Source of the DNA: Heptranchias perlo
Lineage: Eukaryota
Direction: 5' to 3'
DNA length: 64,000 nucleotides
NCBI RefSeq assembly: GCF_035084215.1
Contig: NC_090353.1
Span: forward strand, 13,330,001-13,394,000
The position numbers and the translations under genes were made by a program. Shown piece after piece: positions 25,332 to 39,240 of this stretch (the first letter of the stretch is position 1; every line of letters begins with the position of its first letter). Below the pieces are notes generated by a model, which was not told the origin of the DNA, did not search any database, and was given only the letters and a program-made list of their open reading frames with translations.

Positions 25332-25870
25332 CAGTGGTTTTCAAACTGGGATTGCGCAGACCTTAGGGGATCAGTGAGTTCACAATGTGAAATCTGGATG
25401 TCAGTGATTGTACCAAGGATTGGTGCAACAATCAACATGTTGTACAAGGTGAAGCAAGTACATCTCCCCGCTGACACAATACACTTGGAGCTCTGGTCCA
25501 CAGAACCAGGCTCGAGAGTTCTGTTAGTGTTCTTCAGCTCTTCATTTTTTGGTGCCGATGTTTCCTGCACTGGCTGCAGTATCATCCTTTGGGTCACTGA
25601 CATCTCAGAAATTTTAGAACGAGTGGTCCCCAAGGGTGCGCCTTTATGCCCTTTTTACACTTGAACATCTCAAGACTAACAGGGAACTAGTCAGTTGCTT
25701 GAAAAAGAGAAATGTTAATGGGGTAAAGGGAAGCAAGCAGGAGAATGGGATTAGACTTGGTGTTCATGTGGAGAAAAACACTAGCACAGACTTAATGGGC
25801 CAAATGACTGGTTTCTGTTCTGTAACATTCCATGATTATGAATGTTGGCAGGGAAGTTTGGAAACCACTG
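25332..25870. mobile_element. hAT-Charlie-type non-autonomous element with a nested CR1 3' end (~25690-25841)
   Basis: TIRs CAGTGGTTTTCAAACT / AGTTTGGAAACCACTG. Flanks GTGTCCAG / GTGAACAG match at 6 of 8, consistent with a decayed 8-bp TSD. Confidence 0.7.
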
Positions 25871-26219
25871 GTGAACAGAGGAAGGAAAATACCACTGTGG
25901 CACAGCAGAGGGCACTGATGCTCAGGGTACAATCAATGCAGATTTTTTCCACACTGCCCTCACACTCCCACAAAAGTGGGATAAACAGCTCTTCCTAAAA
26001 CCAGCTGCTAGTGATACACAGATAATTATGGGTATTTTTAGTGCCAAAACAGCTCAAGAAAAAAAAATTCTCCTTTAAATTCTTGTTCTTATGAGTTTTT
26101 GTTCATGGTTAAACATACGACCATCGATCCTTATTAAATCGTGACAACCCCTTTGAGAGAGAGGCTGACATCTTTTTATCTGTCAGAACTAAAAACTGGG
26201 CATTAGCTACCCTACTCAC

Positions 26220-26273
26220 AGGGGGGTCCGCTGGCTGGCGTCCTATTGGGCTTGTCTGAATGGAAGGAGGAGG
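26220..26273 (-). CDS. SH3GL1: Endophilin-A2 exon 9, linker mini-exon (ASSFHSDKPNRTPASGPP)
   Basis: 54 nt, phase 1-1, gaacag| and |gtgagt. Resembles human SH3GL1 ASSSFRSSDKPIRTPSRSM. Not in the ORF track. Confidence 0.88.
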
Positions 26274-26919
26274 CTGTTCATGGGAAAGTTAATGTAAAAA
26301 TTAAAAAAAATTCAATACAATATACAAATCATCTCTATAATTAGTAAACTAACTCCTATAGACTGAAGATGGAAGCTTTGTTAACTGATCACAGCCATTA
26401 TTTTCACCTCCCTCTTCCCCACTTCACATTTTTCTTTGAAATATCCTCAGATATGGACAGTATTTGGAAATCAAAGATTCGTAGAAATTCTGGTGCAGAA
26501 TTAGGCCTGTGCCAGGGCTAGCTCCCCCACCAGAGCGATCTACTTTAATCCCATTTCCTTGCTCTTTCAATTGCTTATTGAGTTCCCTCTTAAATGTTGT
26601 GATTGACTCAGCTTCAACAGCCACACGTGGTAATGCATATTCTAATAAGTCTTTGTGTGAAAAGTATTCTCCTAAACTGCCCCTTTATGTACTAATCCTA
26701 CGGTTACACTTCTTGCTACCAGTTCAGCAATCAGTGAAGATAATTTTTCACTATTTAGGTTGTGTCTGGAGAGAGCACTTTGAGCAGTATAACAAGAGTC
26801 AGGCAGTGAGCAATTTGAGGGGATGAATTATGAGCATCACACAGCAAGTGCACTGCACAACACTGTATACTGGCTTAAATGCAGTTTATTTCTCTCGAAT
26901 GCACTGACTGAAAAGGATG

Positions 26920-27090
26920 GAGGAAGAAGGTAACTTTCAAAGGGGAATTTGGATAAATAGTTGAAAAGTAAAAACTTGCAGGGCTATGGGGAAACAGCAG
27001 TGGAGTAGGAATAATTGGATAGCTCTTTCAAGGAGCCAGCACAAGCATGATGGGCTGAATGGCCTCCTTTGCTGCTGTATGATTCTATGA
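26920..27090 (+). mobile_element. CR1 3' UTR fragment. Similar short fragments at ~18330-18650, 26470-26760, 28795-28945, 47670-47850, 53025-53150 and 62300-62400
   Basis: ttgcagggctatgggga...atgggctgaatggcctcct...tatgattctatga CR1 terminus. Confidence 0.75.
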
Positions 27091-30000
27091 ATATCGGAAC
27101 CAAAGCACTAAACTAACTTGCTAACAATACTGAGGAGCAGCAAAAGTATATGGCCTGTATGTTTAGATCAGCACTGAGTGCTAGGAGAATTTACTGTTCT
27201 CCTTATGGCCAGCCATTTTCACATCTCATCTGAATTGCTACCTGACAGGGCAGTATATGGATGTAATAAACAAATTGCTAATTCTGTGAAATGGAAAGAA
27301 CCAGGTTCTGGTCAAGAAAAACATACACATTCACTCTTCCAACTAATTTGGGGATGGTGAATGAGGGGCAATACTTCACACTGAAAGTACTGCTATACCC
27401 CAATGCAACTCTTTTTTAATAGAACTACTAACAATGCAGTTCTATTATTTTATGAGGACTTTTTTCTTCCTCCAGCTCTTGTAATTGCTGATTCTGGCTG
27501 ATATATGGTTCCATTGGCGCCAGCAGTCCTCTGGTACATTGCCAAGTGTCCATTCTTAATGGGAGAGCCTCAATCGTAAATGCTGGCAGGCTAATTGACA
27601 GTGGAAAGCATCACAGCTGAGCTTGATACTGAGTATCGTCAGATGGCACCAAACAAAGTTCCACACATGGGCTTTCCAACAGGAGGGATCATGAGATAGT
27701 GATCAAGAGTGGGAAGCTTGGCTTATTTTACCCTCCCTAGCCCAGGGGTCTTGAGGCTAATTGTAGCATTCCCAGTGCCATCCTGTCTGAGATCAGCTAA
27801 TTCAGCACAGACCAGGGATCAAACCTGGAGCCTTCTGATCTGTAACAAAACATTTGAATAGCATTATTGTTCCAAGACTGGCAGCCAGGAGTCAGAAAGA
27901 ATGCCTGTTCATCCTCCAAGCTGTGACAGTCAGCCAGAGATGTAGCTGTTAGATAAGCCGTGGAGTTGGAGGAATCTGGTGTGGTGGTCTTCATGGGGTG
28001 TTTTAGAATGGCTGCTGACTGGTTATCTCCTTTCATGGTGGAAATGTTTGAAAATTTAAAAAGACGTGCACTCTCAGAGAGAAAGGGGGGTGGTGGTGGA
28101 GAAGAGCGGTGCTTTACACTGAACATGTGGATGTGGGTCAGAGCAAGATCAGGCTAAGCAGTGATGCCTTCCACGGTCAAATAATTTGCTGATATTCATT
28201 GTCTAGGCTCTTACATAAAGAATAGTTATTTGGGTGAAGTGCCAGAGGGCTGCTGATTCCAGCATAAGTCAGTGTCTTTGGAATGGGAGGGAGAAAATTA
28301 GCGGGGGGGGGAAAAGGGCAAAAATTAGTAAAACATACATGGACAGGTACAAGTAAAAGGTGATCGCCATGAAAATGCTCAGAATTATGGTAACTTCACA
28401 ATCTCTGTAGCGTTACAAAAATCCCAGATCCAGAACTAAGGGTGGATCTATTTTCCCTTTGCCTTGATAACTCACAAATTCTTTATGTGCGAGGCTAGTT
28501 AGCAAGTGCAGACAGGCTATTTGACTGCGGAGCACCAAGCCCTATCTTGCTCTCACCCAAGGTCCACATAATGTATTCTGCAGCGGGCATTTTCCCCCCT
28601 CTATGACTCGGGGCATTGAGAGGTCAATTAAAGTGCCCTGGCTATTGTCCTGGCCGCAATCACCAACTCAGGACAGACCAGGGACCATCTGCTCGGCTTG
28701 GATCAGTTACTCGCTGGCTCTAAAAAAAAAATGATCCAGTGGGGAAAACTGTTAAGGTAGAGTCGCTAAGTAATTTACACATTTATCTTTCTTCCATAAG
28801 ACCATAAGAGATAGGAGCAGGAGTAGGCCATTCGGCCCCTCGAGCCTGCTCCGCCATTCAATGAGATCATGGCTGATCTGATTTTTTACCGCAACTCCAC
28901 TTTCCCGCCTTTTCCCCATATCCTTTGACTACCTTGCTAATCAAAAAGATTTCCTGCTGTGCAGCATGTGATCAAAAAGAGCAGCAAAATCCTGCTCATA
29001 AGCAGAGGCTGTTAAGCTTGGGAGACTAGATTTTATTTTTGTGCCCGAGTATCATTAATTTGAGCAAACTCCTGACACAAATTTGCAGCCATCAAGTACA
29101 GACTCAGAGCTCAGCACGTAAAGTTAAAGCTTAAAAGAATTAGACAAAAACTAAGTAAACCAGGAAAATAATCCCTGAAATCAGTTGAATGGGTGGAACA
29201 GACACTTCGCTCTTTGGGGAAGGGAGCGTAAGAGAAGTTAAAGTAGATCTAGATTCAACAGCAAAAGAAGTCTGCTTAAGGGAATGAAAGACTGATTGAT
29301 GCTAATGAGTTTAGCAGAGATGAGTTCCTCACTGTCCCCTGCTGGTTAGTAGCGTGAACCAATGGGCACTCGTGTATAAAGAAACAGAAGACACTTTTAT
29401 ATTGTGCTAATACTCCTAATACTAGTACAATATAAAAGATATATTTGCCAGCTAAGGCTGGCGACTAAGAAGACTCTTATCAAAATATAAAACCAGCTCA
29501 GTTCTCAAGTCAATTCTTTCCCCCGTCATAGTCAAAACCTAAATGTGCCGGTAGTTCATAATAACACTCGCAAACTCATCCTCCTCCTGCTTTCTTCTTT
29601 CATATCAGATGGTCTTTGCGACCAGCACGTTGGGGTCTGGATATTTTCTGAACTCAGCAAAAAAATATAAAAAGATAATCGATTTGTTAAATATTGGGTA
29701 TTGGTAGTAGGACCCAGTACCCAACTGCTGGCGCAATTCATTTCGCAACCCTTAGCTGGTCTGATATTCCGGTTAGGGATTGAGAGCCTACTTCAATTCT
29801 TGCTACCTCTTAATTTTCTCCCCTCTTCTCACAAGGGGAGGCACAATTCCACAGACGATGGCTGCTCTCTAGTACCTTACCAAATGGCCGTTCTTCATGC
29901 ACAAGTCTAGACAGCTAGTTTCAGCAAGGCTATTTGACTATGGAGTATATCACAGCCTAACCTGGTCCTGAGCCTGTTATGCATCCATATTAGCACTTTT

Positions 30001-30482
30001 CAGTAGAGGGTCCCTGTTTAGTGATCAGGAGCAGTAATCCTGGTTGAACTCTTCTCTTCTCAGCCTAGGGCTGCTGAGGTTAATTGTGGTGCCCCAATTG
30101 CCACTCAGGCTGAGATCTGATTAACTCGGCACAGACAGGGATCAAACCAGGGAGCTTCCTGGTTTGTATGGCTCAGTACCAGGCTGAACCAGAGTGAGCT
30201 GAAACCCACTCTAACTTGAACCGCCTTGGAACTAACCCTGCTGTTGCATGGAGTTTACGCTGCTGTTGCATGCAGTTGTGTGTAAATCATCCCATTTTCT
30301 CAGCTCACTCTCCTGGATTTAACAATGTGCAGCTGAAAAAAAGCAAAGGATTCACAAAGAGGAAGTAGGTGGTTTGGAAGAGCTTGTGGGAGGGTTGACT
30401 AGTCAGTTAAGGTGCATTCACACTGTTGTGCGTGGCAGCTCATGGCTCACTACTAATAGCCAAACAGAAAACAATTGCTTAC

Positions 30483-30610
30483 CTTGTGATTTTGTTGGCC
30501 CACTATAGGAGAAACCTCCATTGGAATGGTCTGTGTCTCCATATTCGGTATAAGTGCTTCTAGGCTTGGGCTGGTATTCACGCTTGGGGCGACCCGATGC
30601 ATCCCGTATC
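30483..30610 (-). CDS. SH3GL1: Endophilin-A2 exon 8 (RIRDASGRPKREYQPKPRSTYTEYGDTDHSNGGFSYSGPTKSQ)
   Basis: 128 nt, phase 2-1, acacag| and |gtaagc. Encodes the BAR end and linker. Confidence 0.93.
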
Positions 30611-33600
30611 CTGTGTGTAACAATTAGGAACATCAGACAAGGTGCACGATTAATGCTTCTCACCACAGTGTATAATGGAATCATTAGAATAAATTAGTAT
30701 TACCAATTCACTTCACCGACCCTACATGTGGGGCTGGTAGCACAACTGAGTCTACATGAAAACCTATTTTAGGTATGACTTGGCTGTGTAAGATCCCATC
30801 ACTTTTAACTCTATATTCACCATATTACTATCATTTGTTTGTAGGGGGTGGTGCGGAAGTAGGGGAATGTTGAATGCTCAAAATACAGTTTTAGGCAGCT
30901 GGCCATGAAAAAGGTTTAAAAGGACACGGATACTGTTAAAAGCAATTGAACATTAAAGACTTTGGATACCAAGTCACAATGGAAACATTTAGACCAGAGT
31001 CAAGGAGCCGTGTGGCAGACCCTCAATTTCAGAGGACTGAGCTTTCGCGTGACTGGAGTAACTAGGGCACTTTAATCTTGAAACAAGGTGAGTCAGAGAG
31101 CGCCTTACAGAGGTACACAAGACATTAATAATACAAACAAAATTACTACATTCTGGAAAAAAAGTGATAAACGGCAGCCTGCAGTAGGCTCCAATAATCG
31201 CACATTTATCCTTATTTAGGTTTGTGGATGAACATGAACCCTATGCAGCCACCATTTACTTTCAAAAGTTTCTTTCCATATCTAGACGCCACATTTACAC
31301 CCGGACGATTGCAGAGGAGACCAAGAGAGACACAACACCCTATGCTTGGTGCGGAATTTACCAGAAAGTTCAATTGAATCGAAGAAAAAAATGTAAAGAA
31401 TTGCACTTAATCACAACTCCCAAATGCATCAAGGTGTTGCATTTACACTTAATTACTATGAAGTGCAATGGATTATGCCAGCAAACAGCAGCCAATTTGT
31501 GCACAAGATCCCAGAAATAGCAATGAGATGAATGGACAATTAATTGGTTTCAGGCAATGTTGCTGGGGAGCTGAATGCCAGTCAAGACACCTGGAAAACC
31601 CCTTGCTCTTCTTCAAATTGTGCCACTGGATCTTTAATGAACACCTAAACAGGCAGACAGGACCTCTAATCTCATCTAAAGGTCAGCAACTCCAACAAAG
31701 CAGCACTCCTTTAACACTGCGCTGGAGTGTCAACCTAGATTAAGAGTTCAAACACTGAAATGCACTTGGAACACTATCTTGTGATCCAGAAGTGAGCACC
31801 CTCCGAGGCAAGTTGACGCACTTTAAACGTAAAGTACCGGTACAAGTTATCTTGCACACCATTAATTGCCAACAACTTCCATTCTTTGTAAAGTAATCCT
31901 TAGCAGAAGCAGCTCTCAAAACGAACATTGCGTTGCTGGGTCCAGACCAGCTGTTTCTAGAACAGACGAGCCGCACTATAACATTTCTGATCTGTTAATA
32001 GAAACTGACTGCAGTTGAAAAAGTATGGATGACCTCTGCACAACACTTCTATTCTTAGGGTAAACTGCACTGCAGCACCATGCTCAGTGAGGTTTCCCTA
32101 ATCATACTATGGGAATTTTGTTTGTGCTGTGAGCATGCAGAAGAGAAGCTATTTCAACTTCTAAGGTTTAAAAAAATTGTTTAGAGTGAGGGAAAATGTT
32201 GCAATTTGGACATAATGAGTCTTTCAAATTAATTTCGAGCCTTGCAGTAGGTTGCTTCTCATTCAGGATGCAGACCATTCCATCAGCCTGTACTTTTCCA
32301 CTGAGGTTTTAGCAGACAAGCTCAAGGATTGTTGGATTTTTTTAGAAAAACAGATTGGAGGCAGTCTTTTTTGTCGTCATCTTCCAATTCTCTCTCCTCC
32401 TGTTCTGAAGGTGCTATCGTGGTCTGTAATATGGCTTCACAGACCAACCAGCCACCCTGCACTACCTCCCCCAGGTTTCCATGCTTCATGTGCAAGTCCA
32501 GACAGTGAGCATCTGCAGTCTATTCTACCATGACAGGGGCCCAGACATGAGTTGGAACTATGGTTGATTTTGCTTCTCCTTAGCTCTAGGGGCATTGAGG
32601 ACAACTATAATGTCACCCAATGTTGCCCAGACTAACTCAAACCAGTCTGAGAATAAAATCTGTGAACTTCTCCAGCTCAGATACACCCTTTCTTTATCAA
32701 CCACTGGGTGAATTTGGCTTTCAGCAGTTCCTTCGAGACTGAAAATTCCAATACTCTGAAATTCATCTTCTGAATTATTAAAATGCATTTTGTTTAAGTT
32801 CAGCAAATGTTAAAATACTTACATTTTTCACTAAGTTTTATTTGTAAAGTTGAAAGTCAACCCCACAATGTATTATGGTTTATAAGACAATGAAATTCTC
32901 TCGTATATAAATCAAGGTTAGTAAAATGTCAGAATGCCAAGATAAATGTTCTCAGTATGATAATGCTAAAATGGGTCTCCATGAAAAGTAAACTGCACAC
33001 ATGATCAACATTTAGATAACTACTCCAATCTCATGGAACAGAACCTTACAGTCGGAATACAACGGCACATATAAATCAATAGAAACTCGAATTCTATAGG
33101 CTTGATCGATGCAAGTTAGCAACAAACTGTCAATTCAATTCAGCAGCAGTAAATGAGAATATGCAGTCCAATTGCCAGGTCTCAGTCACAGACATTCATT
33201 TCTCATTTGCAGAATTTATAGTATTGTGGTGCCACATTTACTCAAGCTCTGCCACAATATTTAACAAACCTGAATAATCCCTTTATTTCCATCCACCCCA
33301 ATTTTTTCCCTTCTTTACGGTACTGACTTATACTGGGGTACAATTCCGTGGCTGTTAGTAGCACCTCCATATTTTGCTCAAGTGGAAATTCTTTGTGCAT
33401 GAGCCTGAAAAAATTAGTATCAACAGGCTATTCCTCTACTGATGGCTTCATAGCTGAGCCTGATCTTGTCCTCACCTGTCATTCGTACACTTGCAAGGGT
33501 CATCGAATACTAATCAGATGCAGGAACTAACTGGCTAACTCTGCCAACTGAGCCAACAAAAGATCTCAAGGAAATTGCAGAAGAGCACTGCCAGAACACA

Positions 33601-34049
33601 AACTCACATTGCTTTCCTGCCCTCCCACAGGAAATAGGCTAGATAGGGAGTGTGTGAAAGATCAAACTGGGTTACATTGAGTGTATAACTTTGACTTCAT
33701 CGATGCCTTTTCATAGCATTCCTCATTTTGTTATTTGTTTTTTTTAAAAAAGGAAACCCAGTTTTAAGTTTCTCCCTTAACCAATATTTCTCCCTGCCTT
33801 CTCCAACATTAGAAAACCTACTTTAAATCCCAAACTACACAAAAACAGATTGCAGCTGTAATTGTATATTCAAAATACTATATACAGCACATGCGGGCAT
33901 GACTCACTAGCTCCAAAACTCCAACATCTGCAACAAATTATATTAGCTTGGAGTCAAACAATGGCATATTTTTTTAAATGAAAAGATTGGAATATACTTA
34001 TTCTGTACCTTTGCAAACAAGTAGTTTCAGGATGCCATAGATAAATAAA

Positions 34050-35785
34050 GAGATTAGAAACCAATTAAAATGCAAGACAAAGGCATATAGGGATTATAAG
34101 AATGATGAAAATGCTAAAGGAGAATATGAGAAGATAAAGAGGTTAAGAGGAGGTTACGAGCAGGATAAGGAAAGCCAAGAGTGAGCAGGAAGAAAAATAT
34201 TCAAAAAACACCAAAAGGAGCAGTAAAGTATATCAGTAAAAAGAGAATTGTTAAAACCGAGGTGGGACCCGAGAGGAGAGGATGGTCCATTTGTAAATGG
34301 TAAAAGTATTTAATAAGTACTTTAGTAAAGAAAAGGCGATCAGAAAGGAGGAGAATCCTGAAGTGGTTAAGAGGGAATTCAACAAAATTTTACTTAAGTT
34401 ACTTAGGTTAAAGGAAGATTAAGTGCAAATACCCAAAAGGGATACATCTTAGGATCCTGAAGTTGAGGCAAGAAATTGCCAAGGCCCTTGAAATTATATT
34501 GCAGGGTTCTACTGAGTGTGGATGTATGCCGCAGGACTGGAGGGTGGCCAGTATAGTACCCATTTTTAAAAAGGGAGACAGAGCTAATGTGGGTAAATAT
34601 AGGCCAGTTAGCTTGAAATCTGTGATAGGGAAAATTTTTTAGAGTCTTTAATGAAGGCTAAAATTACCATGTATATAGATAAAGAGAAAACAGTTAGAAG
34701 AATCCCATATGGGCTTCAAAAGGGACAATGGGGCCTGATAAACCTCTCAGAATTCTTTGAGGAGATAACAGAGGTGGTGGATGGGGAAAATGCAATGGAT
34801 GTAGCGTGCATGGATTTTAAGACATGTGAGATTATTAGAGAAAATTAAGTGATATGAAATTAGGGAAGGACGGCAGACCAAATTAAAAAGTGGTTGGCAT
34901 GTAGAAAACAAAGTAAGAGTTATGGGGACGTTTTCAGAGTGGTTGGCAGTAGACAGTGGTGTCTCAGAGTTCAATTCTGGGGCCACTTCTGTTCACATTA
35001 TTAATGATTTAGAGGAAATGGTGTTGAAATTTGTAGATGGCACCAAAATAGGAGGTATAGTTAACTCTCTAGAAGACCAAAGGAAGTTGCAAAAAGATAT
35101 AGATTAAAAAGTGGCAGATGGAATTTAATGTCAGTAAGTGTGAGGTGATACATTTTGGTAAAAAGAACAGTAATTATAATCTGAATGGAAGTAGGCCTAG
35201 TGCTGTGGAAGAGCAGAGGCACTTGGGAGAACAAGTTCACAGGACCTCAGGTTGATAAAGCCATAAAATAGAAGGAATGGAATTTTTAGGTTTTACCACA
35301 AGTATAGAATTTAAAAACTAAGGTAATGATAAGCCTATACAAGACCCAAGTCAAAGTACAGTGTGCAGTATTGGGCTCCACACTATAGAAGGATATGGAG
35401 GTTTTAGGGAAGGTACAACGCAGATTCACCAGGAAGCCTGGTATGAGGAAATACAAAATATGAAGACAGACGTGAAAAACGGGGCCTTTGTTTGTTAGAA
35501 CAATGTAGATTACAAGATTATATGAGCTACAAGATTAAACGCAAGAGATTTAGAAGAGACTAGGAGAAATTTCTTTATACAGAGAGTTGTGAAGTTAGTG
35601 GTGGAAGCAGAAACTGTCAACATTCAAAATTAGATTGGATAGGTGGATGAAGGAAAAGGGAATAAAGGGATATGGAAACAGGCAGGTAAATGTGATTAAG
35701 ACAATTTGCTTGCGTGGAGGGTGAAACCCAACATGGACTGGTTGGGCCATGTGGCTTGTTTTCGTGTAGTAACTTCTATATATTT
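34050..35785 (+). mobile_element. Old CR1 LINE ORF2 (RT) relic with 3' end
   Basis: DWRVASIVPIFKKG, YRPVSL, NLSEFFEEIT..D...MDF and KFVDGTKIGG, with many stops and frameshifts. Confidence 0.85.
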
Positions 35786-38700
35786 CTGAAAGTAAAATCC
35801 AGAATGTTTAGATTGCATTTTGATGTTCCGGCTGCTCTGAAACACTCCCTATAAACCTAAAGTAATGTTTGCAATTTTTAACAAATTTCCCATTTTGACT
35901 GCATCATTTATGGCCTGTTTTAGTGTCATTAGTCCAGGCTTGCTCAAACTATCCATATTCCAAGGTAGGTTCGATATGGCTTGCCTGAAAGTTAATCAAC
36001 TTTTCTGAATATAAACACAGTCAAATGTCCTGCACAAAGAAAAGGAGATTTACAAAGGCTACAACTTCTGGGTTTTATGCTCTGAAAGGAATGTGTCACA
36101 AATGTGGTTATAGGGGAAGCACAGGCACTATGATGGATCTGTCAAATTATAAGAGATTATTTTTAACATACCTTTAAAGGATTTTGGTAGCTGACCAACT
36201 TGTGCCCCCTTAACTTGGTTACTGCTTGCTAAAAACAGCCTATATGTACATGAAATACATACAGTTTGGAACTCAAAAACCTATGCCATTTCAACGTCTA
36301 GGTGGACTGCTTAACCAATGTTGGACACAAAGTTCACCCAGGTGCTAGGATCAGTTAATATTGATGTCCAGGCTGCAAGAAAGAGGCAGAGCTAATCTTT
36401 TGGGGATTGCTGGCCCACCAGTGGTGAGTCTGTTGTAGCAGACATTTCAGCCAGGATATCTGATGATGGCATTGATTCACAGCTCCATGCGTAGAATCCA
36501 CCTGACGGAGAAAAAAATACTGGAACCTTTTCCCAGTTTGGCAGTCCCCTTCTTGCCACACTGCTGTACAGATAAAGGGTAACTATTTTAGTTTCATGTA
36601 ACACTTTTCGTCACAGAAATGTTCCAAGAATGACCCTGATTTCTGTTTTTTATTAAATTAAGTTCTGCAATCTAGTAAAATCTGCAGTGCTTGCTCTTGT
36701 TTGTTTAATTTTACTTAATAAACCAGATTCAGTTTTTAGCCTGGGATCAGGAATTTACAGTGGTAATCTATATTATTTTCAGCATGTAGCTTATCAATAA
36801 AAGGATTCACTGTTCAACCTGTGGCTTGCTACCAGATTATTTCATGCACAAGGTCACGTTTTGGCTCACAGGAAGTGTAGATTTGCCTGTAGAAGCAGTC
36901 TGTCACTTTGGACACAAAAGTATCTGGACAGCACCCGAAATGGAACAAACACCATGTCACAATATCTTAAGCTAGAGAGTTTAACCCCTGGCAAAACCAG
37001 ACTCTCTAAACTTCTTCTATTCTTGCCCTTCTTCTTAAAGTATTCGACTCCAACTGAGATACAATTTCAGAGGCACTAGCAGTCCTCTGGTACCTCATCC
37101 AAGGATTCACTTCTTTGAGAGTCTAGACAGTGAGCTTTGATAGGCTACTGGATTACTACAGCAAAGTCTGATCTTGTCCGCGTGCACACTCTCCAGTAGG
37201 GGTGAGTGGATAGTGATGAGGAGAGGGAATCCCTTTCCGAGGAGAGGGAATCCCTTTCCGGGCCGAGGGGTACCACAGTCAGTCGCAGCACACCAACAAT
37301 TGCTGACTCAAGGTAAATCTGGAAATAAATATGGGGCTTTTGGCCTGAATACGTCAATAAGGGGTGTGCTTTTAGCCACTAGGCTATCACGGGAGCTAAC
37401 TCTCTATAGGAACCTGGCTCTGATGAATAGCTAAAGCAGCTTAATGATGTTTTTACATTGTTAATCTTCTGTTATCAATATATGTGTACTTCTGGTGCTG
37501 TCAGCATGTTATCAATGTAAGGGAGGCAAACCTCAAGCTTCCAACGGCATCTACAATCTGACTTTCTGTGGGTCTCTCGAGCTTCTATCAGACACAGCAG
37601 AAAATAGGGCCTCCGTCCTATTGCTCATTTTACACAAGTTGCAAATGGCTGCAAGAATGCCACTCTCTCTGCACCTACCAATATAAAATGCCTCAATTGT
37701 GAAAGCCTTCCTCTTCACCATCCCATTCCTTCAATCAGAGTTTGATGTAGCGGAAGGGAGAGGGAGAAAAGAAAAACAAACACTGGGGGAGGGGATGGAA
37801 TAAACTGAAGAAATGAAACCATTGTATTTCTGACTACATCCATTTGGAACTGTAGGATGTTTCCTTTGAAAAACCGACAAATGTCACGTTCACAATAGGA
37901 CAGCCAGGATGTGCTTCTAAAGCTGCATGAAATACAAACGGAAATTTCCTCAACATTCAAAGATCACACACTAACTAGAGCTACATTCTCTGAGAAACTG
38001 TGCCATTTTTCTCCGCCTGCTTTTAAAAGAACCTTTCCTGGCTGATAATCGAACCAACAGAATGAAGTGTTTGCAATGAATCAGGCTTTTAGAAAGGGAG
38101 CTGTTTCCAAGGAAACGGATTATAGACAGTCCAACAGCAGGCATTCTGAGAATCTCACAGAAAGCACAGCATCTTTACCAGATAGAAATGGACTCTGCAA
38201 CACCAAAGAATAACACATCAGATTCTAAATTCAACACACTGGCCACCAATTAATCGATATCTGCCCTCTGGCTGGACACAAGACAAAATAACTAAACTAA
38301 TCCTGAAGTAAATTTCAATTAGTTAACAACTTCAAGCTCAGTATTCATTTATGCTCATTTTACATTGCACTTAGTGGGATGGTAGGGCCACCAGCAATCA
38401 ATACACAAATCTCACGCAGCCCAGTGGCTACCCTATAGTATACATGCCAGATTTGCTAAGGCTGACCATTGGAAAGACACTTTGTTCTGGGGTTCCAGCT
38501 GCTGCGAAAAATCCAAATGGTGGGAGCCGAAGGCCCCAAACCTCACTAAAATGCAATATAAAAACTGTTTCAATGATCATTAAGTACAAATCTGGGCTTT
38601 CAGCAGCACGATCACAGGCAGATAAACAGGCTGTCACAATTTTCATCCATTTGTACATTGGTATGACTACAAGCACAAAGCAATGCATAACGGCACTAGA

Positions 38701-38960
38701 ATTGGTAGCTAACATTTTAGCCATATGCTTCACCATCCCTTCATGTCCTATAAGTTATTTCCTACACGACAACAATGACTACACTTCAAAAGTACGTCAT
38801 TGGCTGTAAAGCGCTTCAGGACGTCCTGAGGTCATGCAAGGCGCTATAGAAATGTAAGTCTTTCTTTTATAAGTGATGTGGAGATGCCGGTGATGGACTG
38901 GGGTTGACAATTGTAAACAATTTTACAACACCAAGTTATAGTCCAACAATTTTATTTGAA

Positions 38961-39001
38961 ATTCACAAGCTTTCGGAGGCTTCCTCCTTCCTCAGGTGAA
39001 T
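38961..39001 (-). ncRNA. Minimal type I hammerhead ribozyme motif in PLE pLTR (intact core)
   Basis: AUUCAC-CUGAGGA-A-GGAGG(AAG)CCUCC-GAAA-GCUU-GUGAAU: stem I, core boxes, stem II and palindromic AAGCUU in place of stem III. Confidence 0.75.
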
Positions 39002-39240
39002 GTTGTGGAAATGAAATCCTCGAACCCTTCGCATTTATAAATCACAGAACAATGCCTGGTGATTACAGATAGTCTTTCCAACTGCCCGTTGCCACGGCAA
39101 TCACAATGTGCAGACAGAGAGGTGTTACCTAAAAGGCCACCGAATATACAAACCACCAAAAAAAAGAGAGGCAGAGACATAGAAAAGACAGCAAATGACC
39201 CGTTATATTAAAAACAGATAACATATGTTCGCTGGTGGGG

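Noticed and set aside
25176-25664. Overlapping 162-aa and 126-aa ORFs
   Set aside because: They lie mostly within a non-autonomous hAT element and show no recognisable transposase or other domain.
36392-36566. Phase-compatible acceptor (tgtacag|) and 57-codon frame in SH3GL1 intron 7
   Set aside because: No convincing donor or homology, and the phase match is easily chance.
37218-37259. 21-bp tandem duplication (a similar ~30-bp one at 51484-51537)
   Set aside because: Ordinary slippage duplications, not arrays.
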